Part shown: one piece after another, positions 9,459 through 16,693 of the stretch
Layout: each line of letters begins with the position of its first letter
How positions within the stretch are numbered: the first letter of the stretch is position 1
NCBI GenBank assembly: GCA_903879715.1
Contig: CAIRMR010000154.1
Span: 21,376-85,375 of the forward strand
Origin: an uncultured Bacteroidales bacterium
GTDB taxonomy: Bacteria > Bacteroidota > Bacteroidia > Bacteroidales > UBA4417
Direction of reading: 5' to 3'
Length of the DNA stretch: 64,000 nucleotides
Program-made: the position numbers and the translations under genes
The notes under the pieces: generated by a model
What the model saw: only the letters and a program-made list of their open reading frames with translations
What the model was told of the DNA's origin: nothing
Databases searched by the model: none

Positions 9459-9492
9459 CCATCAGGGTAGAAAACAACTTGAGTGTATTATT
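9459..9492 (+). promoter_or_regulatory. Two-block box CCATCAGGGTA-N12-AGTGTATTATT, copy B
   Basis: It lies 50 nt upstream of the ATG at 9543. See copy A at 3995-4028. Confidence 0.35.
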
Positions 9493-9542
9493 AGCGTAAA
9501 CAGTTAATCACTCAACAAAAAATAAACTAAACACAAAAGACT

Positions 9543-10478
9543 ATGAAAACCAAAAAATTCTCGAACCTGGCAATCATTCTGGTTTCTGCAATTGTGCTCA
9601 CTTTTGCTTCCTGTGCTAAGGACGATCTCAATCAGGGTACAGCGGATCCTTCCTCGCTTGAGCAATTATCAGCAGATGAAACCAACGTGGAAAGCGTTTT
9701 GAAAGATGCTGAAAGCGATATTACTTCAGTGATGTCGAATAATAGCGGAAGTTTTAAATCAACATCCTGGCGTCCCTGTGGTGCATCTATTGATTCACTG
9801 GCAATTGCAAACGATACCATTACAATCCGGATTACATTCAATGGCCTTACATGCAACGATAAACGCAGCAGAACCGGGAAAATTGAATTAAAAACAAAAG
9901 TTGGCACACAGTGGAACCAGGTAGGAGCGGCAGTGGTTTGCAAATTCATCGATTTCAATGTAACCCGCGTTGCTACAGGCAAATCAGTAAAACTTAACGG
10001 AACCAAAACGATCGTAAATGTGATTGGCGGACACCGCTGGCAAGTTGGAACTCTTATTACTTCTTATGTTGAGAGGATAAGCGGATCGATGCAGGCCAGT
10101 TTCGACAACGGCACCAACCGCACCTGGAATATTGCCCGTCAAATAACGTATACCGGAACCCCAAATCAATATATTCTCACCATTGATGGTTTCGGTTCAA
10201 CCGGCAATTATCAAAACCTGGTTGTATGGGGAAGCAACAGACAAGGGGAAGAATTTTTCACACAGATAACTCAATCAGTAGTATGCCGTCAGGCCTGCGA
10301 TTGGGATCCTGTTTCAGGAATCAAGATTCATCAAATTCCATCGGATATTAAAAGCGCTACCATTACTTTTGGGTACAATGCTAACAATGAGCCTGTCACA
10401 GGTGATGAATGCCCTGCACGTTACCGTATTGATTGGCAGAGAAATAATAATTCAGGCACAAACTTTCTTCCGCTCTAG
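9543..10478 (+). CDS. Hypothetical lipoprotein
   Basis: 311 aa with a lipobox (LTFASCAKD). I do not recognise a family. Confidence 0.6.
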   Translation: MKTKKFSNLAIILVSAIVLTFASCAKDDLNQGTADPSSLEQLSADETNVESVLKDAESDITSVMSNNSGSFKSTSWRPCGASIDSLAIANDTITIRITFNGLTCNDKRSRTGKIELKTKVGTQWNQVGAAVVCKFIDFNVTRVATGKSVKLNGTKTIVNVIGGHRWQVGTLITSYVERISGSMQASFDNGTNRTWNIARQITYTGTPNQYILTIDGFGSTGNYQNLVVWGSNRQGEEFFTQITQSVVCRQACDWDPVSGIKIHQIPSDIKSATITFGYNANNEPVTGDECPARYRIDWQRNNNSGTNFLPL

Positions 10479-10511
10479 ATTTAAAAACCTGCAAATACGT
10501 TTGACGGAGAC

Positions 10512-10549
10512 AATACAAAGGCTGATTCGAAAGGATCAGCCTTTGTATT
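10512..10549 (+). terminator. Stem-loop after the lipoprotein gene
   Basis: aatacaaaggctgat / atcagcctttgtatt forms a 15-bp perfect stem. No clear U-tract follows. Confidence 0.45.
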
Positions 10550-10627
10550 AGTAAATATAACATCAGCAAGTTAACTCCTGAACATTGTTCACAAGTTTGG
10601 CGTTGTATAAACCAGAAAACAAGTTCT

Positions 10628-10990
10628 ATGAAAATAATCGGACAAATCCTGATTGCAATAATTGCGCTGGAGCATTTATATTTCCTTTGGCTTGAAATGT
10701 TTGCCTGGGAAACCAAAGGAAAGGATGTATTTAAGATGCTTCCTCAAAACCTGTTTAAGCCTACCAAAGTTCTGGCGGCTAACCAGGGACTTTACAACGG
10801 TTTCCTGGCCGCCGGGCTGATATGGCCATTATTCATTACCAATGATTTGTGGAGTTTTTATATTTCCGTTTTCTTCCTGAGTTGCGTTAGTATTGCAGGC
10901 ATTTATGGCGCGTTAACAGCCTCGAAAAGGATCTTTATTGTACAGGCTTTACCGGCAATTATAACTTTGGTTTTGATTCATTTTAGATAA
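10628..10990 (+). CDS. DUF1304 family membrane protein
   Basis: 120 aa with 4 TM segments and the signature LAANQGLYNGFLAAGL. Confidence 0.8.
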   Translation: MKIIGQILIAIIALEHLYFLWLEMFAWETKGKDVFKMLPQNLFKPTKVLAANQGLYNGFLAAGLIWPLFITNDLWSFYISVFFLSCVSIAGIYGALTASKRIFIVQALPAIITLVLIHFR

Positions 10991-11148
10991 GGGGTTCTTC
11001 TGCGAAGTGAATGGAATTATTTTTTACTGGTCCTAAGACCGAAGTAACCAGCTTGCTGTAATATACCAACTGATAATACTAAGTTGGAAGCTATTAATTA
11101 TCATACGACATGGTGCTTTATTCAAAGGATAAAGTAGTATTCAGGGCA

Positions 11149-11169
11149 CTTCCGACTTCCGACAACTCC
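11149..11169. repeat. Phased heptamers: cttccga cttccga caactcc
   Basis: Read directly from the sequence. The array is preceded by cagggca and is related to 3949-3976. Confidence 0.6.
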
Positions 11170-11230
11170 GGTTGAACCACTAAATTTACAGCAGACCCAA
11201 ATATTTTTTGCCCACGTTAATTATTTTTCC

Positions 11231-11238
11231 TACTTTTG
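11231..11238 (+). promoter_or_regulatory. Candidate his operon -7 box (TAnnTTTG)
   Basis: tacttttg lies 18 nt upstream of the leader ATG. A TTTG lies about 22 nt further upstream (11206-11209). Confidence 0.5.
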
Positions 11239-11256
11239 CATCATCAAACTAAAAAA

Positions 11257-11313
11257 ATGAACTTTAACCAATTACACCATCATCATCTGCATACCATCTC
11301 AGGCATGGAGTAA
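11257..11313 (+). CDS. Histidine operon leader peptide, MNFNQLHHHHLHTISGME
   Basis: 18 codons, with 5 His in 6 consecutive codons (CAC CAT CAT CAT CTG CAT). It sits between the promoter box and a strong terminator, directly upstream of hisG. Confidence 0.65.
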   Translation: MNFNQLHHHHLHTISGME

Positions 11314-11342
11314 GTGATATTTGTAATTTGTAAAATATTTCG

Positions 11343-11378
11343 AAACCCGTCTGAGTAAACAGCCGGGTTTTTTGTTTT
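11343..11378 (+). terminator. Intrinsic terminator (attenuator) between the leader peptide and hisG
   Basis: aaacccg (11343-11349) pairs with cgggttt (11364-11370), extendable with one mismatch (cccgtctg/cagccggg). It is followed by ttttgtttt. Confidence 0.65.
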
Positions 11379-11421
11379 AACTCCCTTCGCATCGTTTACT
11401 CAGCATTAACAAACAAAAAGC

Positions 11422-12279
11422 ATGAGTAAATTAAAAATTGCAATTCAGAAATCAGGCCGGCTTAGTGAAAAATCGCTGGAACTCTTAAAAGAGTGCGGCA
11501 TCAAACTCTCAAATGGCGACCGCAAGCTAAAAACAGAAGCAAAAAATTTCCCCATCGAAGTACTTTTCCTTCGCGACGACGATATTCCTCAATATGTGGA
11601 ACAAGGCGTGGCGGATATTGGCATTTTGGGCGAGAACGAAGTGTGGGAGAAACATAAGGATGTGACCACCGTCGAAAAACTGGGATTTGCCAACTGCAAA
11701 CTTTCATTAGCCATTCCTAGAGATGAAAAGTATACCGGTTTAGCTTACTTCAACAACAAAAGGATAGCAACCAGCTATCCTAAAATTCTGCAAAAATTTT
11801 TCGATGAGAAAAACATCCGGGTCGAAATTGAAGAAATCGGCGGAAGCGTGGAAATTGCAACTGGTATTGGTTTGGCTGACGCCATTTTTGATATCGTAAG
11901 CACCGGCAGCACATTAGTGATGAATGGACTGAAAGAAGCAGAAGTCGTTTTTAAGAGCGAAGCTGTTTTGATTTCCAACAAAAACCTGGACACTGAAAAA
12001 CAACAAATCCTTGACAAGCTTCTTTTCAGAATTAAAGCCGTAAGGAACTCGTCCGAAAATAAATACATCCTGCTCAACGCTCCGAACAGTTCCATCGCAC
12101 AGATTTCTGCTATTTTACCGGGCATGAAATCACCAACTGTTTTACCCCTGGCTGAAGAAGGCTGGAGCAGCATTCACTCGGTAGTAAAGGAAGATCAATT
12201 CTGGGATATTATTGACCAGCTTCAGGCTCTGGGTGCCCAGGGAATCCTTGTAATTCCGATTGAGAAGATGGTCCTCTAA
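11422..12279 (+). CDS. hisG: ATP phosphoribosyltransferase (long form)
   Basis: 285 aa that matches the HisG long form as I recall the family. It is the first gene of the his operon. Confidence 0.95.
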   Translation: MSKLKIAIQKSGRLSEKSLELLKECGIKLSNGDRKLKTEAKNFPIEVLFLRDDDIPQYVEQGVADIGILGENEVWEKHKDVTTVEKLGFANCKLSLAIPRDEKYTGLAYFNNKRIATSYPKILQKFFDEKNIRVEIEEIGGSVEIATGIGLADAIFDIVSTGSTLVMNGLKEAEVVFKSEAVLISNKNLDTEKQQILDKLLFRIKAVRNSSENKYILLNAPNSSIAQISAILPGMKSPTVLPLAEEGWSSIHSVVKEDQFWDIIDQLQALGAQGILVIPIEKMVL

Positions 12280-12354
12280 TCCCGACTTCAAGGTCGGTGC
12301 TCAGACCTCGAATCATCCCTCAACCCCGACCTTCAGTTCGGGGCCTAAGACCCC
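12278..12354. repeat. Two ~32-nt direct repeats, each containing a short hairpin, in the hisG-hisD spacer
   Basis: aatcccgacttcaaggtcggtgctcagacctc (12278-12309) versus aaccccgaccttcagttcggggcctaagacccc (12322-12354). They are roughly three-quarters identical with one indel. The internal stems are ccgac/gtcgg and ccccga/tcgggg. Confidence 0.55.
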
Positions 12355-12359
12355 CAAAT

Positions 12360-13643
12360 ATGGAAAAATATATAAATCCAAACAAAAAAAACTGGCAAAA
12401 ACTCACTCAAAGGCCAACAGCCGAACAACTGTCCCTCGACGGAATAGTAAGCCAGGTCTTTTCGGAAATTCGAAAAGACGGTGATAAGGCTGTAAGGAAA
12501 TTCAGTCTTCTCTTCGACAAAGTTGAGCTGGAATCGTTTGCTATACCTCAAAAAGCAATTGAAGCTGCTTCGGTAAAAGTACCTGCTGGGCTGAAAGCCG
12601 CTATCCAATTGGCAAAAAGCAATATTGAAAAGTTCCATGCTGCACAAATCGAAACTCCGAAAATAATTGAAACCACCAAAGGTGTAGAATGCTGGCGCGA
12701 AAGCCGTGGAATTGAAACCGTTGGGATTTATATTCCGGGCGGAACGGCTCCATTGTTTTCGACTGTTCTGATGCTGGGTATTCCGGCTAAACTGGCCGGT
12801 TGCAAAAATATTATTCTTTGCACGCCGCCTGATAAAAACGGGGAAATCAACCCGGCTATTCTATACACAGCCGATCTTGTGGGAATTACTTCAGTTTTTA
12901 GTGTTGGCGGAATTCAAGCCGTTGCAGCTATGGCTTTTGGCACTGAAAGTATTCCCAAAGTGAATAAGATTTTTGGCCCCGGGAACCAATATGTAACAGC
13001 AGCTAAACAGGCTGCTCAGCAATTAGGCGTAGCTATCGATATGCCGGCCGGTCCAAGCGAAGTGCTGATAATTGCTGATAAAAGCTGTAACCCTGCGTTT
13101 GTGGCAGCAGATCTCCTTTCGCAAGCCGAACATGGAGCCGACAGCCAGGTAATTTTGCTTTCAGATAATGAAACTCTTATTGACAAGATACTTTCAGAAT
13201 TAGAACAACAGTTGGAAGCGTTGCCACGAAAGGAGATTGCTGCGAAAGCGTTGGAAAACAGCAAAGCCATTCTTCTGGAAGACATAAACGAATGTATTGA
13301 ATTCAGCAACAGTTATGCTCCTGAACACCTGATTCTGGCTGTAAAAGAAGCTAGAAATCTGATCCCTCAAATTTCAAAAGCAGGTTCCGTATTCCTTGGA
13401 AACTATAGTTGTGAAAGCGCCGGCGATTATGCCAGCGGAACCAATCACACCTTGCCGACAAACGGGTATGCACGAAGTTACAGCGGAGTTTCACTCGATA
13501 GTTTTGTTACCAAAATCACATTCCAGGAATTATCGAAAGAAGGCATCCGGAATATCGGCCCTTCCATTGAACTTATGGCCGAAGCGGAACAGTTGTTTGC
13601 ACATAAAAATGCAGTAACATTGAGATTGACGAAGTACGATTGA
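12360..13643 (+). CDS. hisD: Histidinol dehydrogenase
   Basis: HisD-like throughout, with a conserved SQAEHG motif. I prefer the ATG at 12360 (MEKYINPNKK). The 21 upstream codons in the ORF track are a translation of the spacer repeat. Confidence 0.95.
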   Translation: MEKYINPNKKNWQKLTQRPTAEQLSLDGIVSQVFSEIRKDGDKAVRKFSLLFDKVELESFAIPQKAIEAASVKVPAGLKAAIQLAKSNIEKFHAAQIETPKIIETTKGVECWRESRGIETVGIYIPGGTAPLFSTVLMLGIPAKLAGCKNIILCTPPDKNGEINPAILYTADLVGITSVFSVGGIQAVAAMAFGTESIPKVNKIFGPGNQYVTAAKQAAQQLGVAIDMPAGPSEVLIIADKSCNPAFVAADLLSQAEHGADSQVILLSDNETLIDKILSELEQQLEALPRKEIAAKALENSKAILLEDINECIEFSNSYAPEHLILAVKEARNLIPQISKAGSVFLGNYSCESAGDYASGTNHTLPTNGYARSYSGVSLDSFVTKITFQELSKEGIRNIGPSIELMAEAEQLFAHKNAVTLRLTKYD

Positions 13644-13891
13644 CGAAGTACGATTGACGAATGACGAAATGAGATTGACGAAGTATGATTGACGATGTAC
13701 GATGTACGATGTACGAACGACGATGTACGATTGACGATGTACGATTGACGATGTACGATTGACGATGTACGATTTACGATTGACGATGTACGAATGATGA
13801 TGTACGATTGACGATGTACGATGTACGAACGACGATGTACGATTGACGATGTACGATGTACGAACGACGATTAACGATTAACGAATAACGA
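13619..13891 (+). repeat. Tandem array of 38 phased heptamers (consensus T-K-K-A-C-G-A) plus one degenerate leading unit
   Basis: Hand-phased from 13626 to 13891 without any phase slip. The units are ttgacga, tgtacga, agtacga, acgacga, ttaacga and minor variants. The first three units encode the last hisD codons and its TGA stop. Confidence 0.95.
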
Positions 13892-13929
13892 TTGGCCGAA
13901 AATCGATTTTGAACATTAATTAAAGCATC

Positions 13930-14958
13930 ATGCAAAAATCAGAAATTATAAACCTTGTTCGCAAGAACATCATTTCATTGAAACCATACTCCAGCGCCCG
14001 TGATGAGTTTTCGGGTACAGACGGTGTGTTTTTAGATGCTAACGAAAATCCGTTTGGCGAACTGAACCGATATCCTGATCCTCACCAGAAAGAATTGAAA
14101 TCAAAGTTGTGCGAAATAAAATCAATTCCCTTTGAAACTATTTTTGTTGGCAATGGCAGCGACGAAGTGATTGATCTTACATTCCGCATTTTCTGCAATC
14201 CCAGAAAGGATAAAGCCCTTACCTTTACTCCAACCTACGGAATGTACGAAGTTTCGGCTGAAATTAATGAGGTGGAATTGATCAAAGTGCCTTTGACTTC
14301 TGAATTTCAGATAGATTTTAATGCATTAGAAAATTACTTGTCGGATGAAAATCTGAAGCTGATCTTTATCTGTTCGCCAAATAATCCAACAGCCAACAGC
14401 CTTGAAAATATTGAGAAAGTGCTTCAAAAATTTAAAGGAATAGTGATTGTGGACGAAGCGTATATTGATTTCAGCAAAGCCAGTTCTTTTCTCACTAAAA
14501 TTGATCAGTATCCGAACCTGATTGTTATGCAAACATTCAGCAAAGCCTGGGGATTGGCTGCCGCACGGGTCGGAATGGCCTATTCGAACGATTTGATTAT
14601 TTCGTTATACAACAAAGTTAAGCCACCTTATAATGTTAGTGATCCTAATCAGAAAGCAGCATTAAAAGCTTTGGAAGATGCTGACGGATTTGAGAAAAGA
14701 AAGTCCGTCATCCTGGAGCAAAGAACCTGGCTTCAGAATCAATTGGTCGAATTAGATGTTGTAATAAAGATATATCCCTCGGATGCGAATTTCCTGTTGG
14801 TTGAAATGACGGATGCCAACCGGATTTACAATGAACTTGTTAATCAGAAAGTTATTACCCGGAACAGGAATAGTGTAGTTCAGAATTGTATCCGGATAAC
14901 GGTTGGAAGTCCTGAGGAAAACCAAATACTGGTTGATGCTTTGAAAAAAATAAAATAA
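13930..14958 (+). CDS. hisC: Histidinol-phosphate aminotransferase
   Basis: 342 aa with the class-II aminotransferase pattern, including the PLP-lysine context (QTFSKAWGLA). Confidence 0.95.
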   Translation: MQKSEIINLVRKNIISLKPYSSARDEFSGTDGVFLDANENPFGELNRYPDPHQKELKSKLCEIKSIPFETIFVGNGSDEVIDLTFRIFCNPRKDKALTFTPTYGMYEVSAEINEVELIKVPLTSEFQIDFNALENYLSDENLKLIFICSPNNPTANSLENIEKVLQKFKGIVIVDEAYIDFSKASSFLTKIDQYPNLIVMQTFSKAWGLAAARVGMAYSNDLIISLYNKVKPPYNVSDPNQKAALKALEDADGFEKRKSVILEQRTWLQNQLVELDVVIKIYPSDANFLLVEMTDANRIYNELVNQKVITRNRNSVVQNCIRITVGSPEENQILVDALKKIK

Positions 14959-15078
14959 ACCACGGAGGCACAGAGAACACGGAGAAACACAGAGGAATTC
15001 TCAGAAAAAGTTAAAAGTTATTTTCAAATAAACAGTTTAATCTCTGTGAACCTCTGTGCCCTCCGTGTCTCCGTGGTT
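14958..15078. repeat. Imperfect palindrome built from inverted arrays of CAC(A/G)GAG units (hisC-hisB spacer)
   Basis: The left arm is aaccacggaggcacagagaacacggagaaacacagagg (14958-14995). The right arm is tctctgtgaacctctgtgccctccgtgtctccgtggtt (15041-15078). The outer 10 nt aaccacggag/ctccgtggtt are exact complements. The spacer is 45 nt and AT-rich. Confidence 0.9.
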
Positions 15079-15094
15079 AACAAATAAATCAATA

Positions 15095-16189
15095 ATGATG
15101 AAGAAAGTTTTATTTATAGACAGAGATGGCACCCTGGTTATTGAACCGCCCATCGATTTTCAGCTGGACAGCCTGGAGAAACTGGAGTTTTATCCCGGCG
15201 TCTTCCAATGGCTTTCGCGGATTGCACAGGAGCTCGATTACGAGTTGGTGATGGTTACCAACCAGGATGGACTTGGAACGACGGCTTTCCCTACGGAAAC
15301 TTTCTGGCCGGCCCAGGACAAAATCGTAAAGGCTTTCAAAAACGAAGGAATTCTGTTTTCTGAGATCGTGATTGATAAATCGTTTCCCCACGAAAACCTC
15401 CCGACCCGGAAACCAGGAACCGCCTTGTTAACTCATTATGTCAAAGGCAGCTACAATTTACCAGAATCGTTTGTAATCGGAGATCGTTTAACGGATGTGC
15501 AATTGGCCAAAAACCTCGGTAGTAAAGCCATTTATATGGGTACTGATGCTTGCGATGATGCTGATTTAAACACAACAAGCTGGGCTGATATTTACCAGCT
15601 TCTGAAATCAGAACCCAGAAAAGCAAAGATTGTCCGTAAAACTTCCGAAACCAATATCGAAATTGAACTCAACCTGGATGGATCGGGTAAGAGTTCCATT
15701 TCAACCGGGCTGGGCTTTTTCGACCATATGCTGGAACAGATTTCCAGGCATGGAAATATGGATTTAAATATCCAGGTGAAAGGCGATTTGCATATCGATG
15801 AACACCATACCATCGAAGATGTGGCCATTGCACTTGGTGAAGCTTTTATAAAAGCTTTGGGAAGCAAAAAAGGAATTGAACGATATGGTTTTCTGTTGCC
15901 TATGGACGATTGCCTGGCACAGGTGGCTATTGATTTTGGAGGCCGCCCCTGGCTGGTTTGGGACGCAGAATTCAAACGTGAAAAAATAGGTGAGATGCCT
16001 GCCGAAATGTTCTTTCACTTCTTTAAATCCTTCAGCGATAATGCCAAATGTAACCTGAATATCATGGCCGAAGGAAACAACGAACACCATAAGATCGAAG
16101 CCATTTTCAAGGCATTTGCCAAAGCAATCCGCATGGCAGTAAGCAAAACAGGTAATTTTTCGATTCCCAGCACGAAGGGGAGTTTATAA
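15095..16189 (+). CDS. hisB: Bifunctional histidinol-phosphatase / imidazoleglycerol-phosphate dehydratase
   Basis: HAD motif (FIDRDGT) at the N-terminus and an IGPD domain with His-rich motifs ([16 protein letters not shown]). I prefer the ATG at 15095. The ORF-track extension is a translation of the palindrome arm. Confidence 0.95.
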   Translation: MMKKVLFIDRDGTLVIEPPIDFQLDSLEKLEFYPGVFQWLSRIAQELDYELVMVTNQDGLGTTAFPTETFWPAQDKIVKAFKNEGILFSEIVIDKSFPHENLPTRKPGTALLTHYVKGSYNLPESFVIGDRLTDVQLAKNLGSKAIYMGTDACDDADLNTTSWADIYQLLKSEPRKAKIVRKTSETNIEIELNLDGSGKSSISTGLGFFDHMLEQISRHGNMDLNIQVKGDLHIDEHHTIEDVAIALGEAFIKALGSKKGIERYGFLLPMDDCLAQVAIDFGGRPWLVWDAEFKREKIGEMPAEMFFHFFKSFSDNAKCNLNIMAEGNNEHHKIEAIFKAFAKAIRMAVSKTGNFSIPSTKGSL

Positions 16190-16195
16190 TTGAAA

Positions 16196-16251
16196 GAAGT
16201 AAGTTGTAAGGCATAAGAAGTAAGTTGTAAGGTATAAGTCGTAGAGTAAGA
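16196..16251 (+). repeat. Eight phased heptamers (TAAGNNN family), left flank of the four-helix-bundle gene
   Basis: gaagtaa gttgtaa ggcataa gaagtaa gttgtaa ggtataa gtcgtag agtaaga. This is also a 21-nt repeat present about 2.6 times. Confidence 0.9.
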
Positions 16252-16294
16252 ATTATGGAATAATTTTTTCAATCAATACTTAAAACTCAATATC

Positions 16295-16669
16295 ATGGAA
16301 AAAACACATTCATTTAAAGACCTGATAGTTTGGCAAAAAGCACATCAATTGGTAATTGCTATCTATAAAGCAACCAAACTATTCCCAAAAGAAGAAGTCT
16401 TTTCTTTAACTAACCAGGTAAGAAGAGCTGCTGTATCAATTCCTGCAGATATTTGTGAAGGATATAAAAAGAAGACTATTCCTAATCAATTGAATTTCAT
16501 CAACATTGCCGAAGGCTCTTTGGAAGAAGTGAAATATTATATCATTTTATCAAAAGACTTACAATACATTGATGAGAGTGCATACGAACAATTAACTAAT
16601 TCTGCCGAAGAAGTCGGAAGATTAATAAACGGTTATGAAAAAGCTATATCGAAGCGCCTTACTACTTAA
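16295..16669 (+). CDS. Four-helix-bundle protein (23S rRNA intervening-sequence protein family, PF05635/TIGR02436-like)
   Basis: 124 aa with the characteristic N-terminus (FKDLIVWQKAHQLVIAIYKATKLFPKEE..SLTNQVRRAAVSIPANI-like, EGSLEEVKYY). It is inserted between hisB and hisH. Confidence 0.85.
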   Translation: MEKTHSFKDLIVWQKAHQLVIAIYKATKLFPKEEVFSLTNQVRRAAVSIPADICEGYKKKTIPNQLNFINIAEGSLEEVKYYIILSKDLQYIDESAYEQLTNSAEEVGRLINGYEKAISKRLTT

Positions 16670-16689
16670 ACCTTACATCTTATACCTTA
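16655..16689 (-). repeat. Five phased heptamers of the same TAAGNNN family in inverted orientation, right flank of the four-helix-bundle gene
   Basis: On the plus strand: cgcctta ctactta aacctta catctta tacctta. The reverse complement reads taaggta taagatg taaggtt taagtag taaggcg. It shares the 11-nt exact segment taaggtataag with the left array. It overlaps the last codons and stop of the 4HB ORF and ends 4 nt before the hisH ATG. Confidence 0.85.
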
Positions 16690-16693
16690 ACAG

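Noticed and set aside
10991-11140. Possible small gene or RNA in the gap before the his promoter
   Set aside because: I found no ORF with a plausible start and no convincing stem-loops beyond the CTTCCGA array already listed.
12260-12484. 74-aa ORF, and the 21-codon N-terminal extension of hisD (12297-12359)
   Set aside because: Both are translations of the hisG-hisD spacer repeats and give Pro/Ser/Thr/basic low-complexity peptides. HisD homology begins near the ATG at 12360.
13619-13891. Possible CRISPR array
   Set aside because: The period is 7 nt with no unique spacers, and there are no cas genes in the window. It is a simple phased tandem repeat.
16015-16272. 85-aa minus-strand ORF containing YTLQLTSYALQLTSF
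   Set aside because: The internal peptide repeat is simply the reverse translation of the 21-nt/heptamer array. The rest of the ORF is antisense to hisB.
16295-16669. Avd-like four-helix-bundle genes (here and at 24646-25218) as markers of a diversity-generating retroelement
   Set aside because: There is no reverse transcriptase ORF, no template/variable repeat pair, and no target gene with a C-terminal variable region anywhere nearby.
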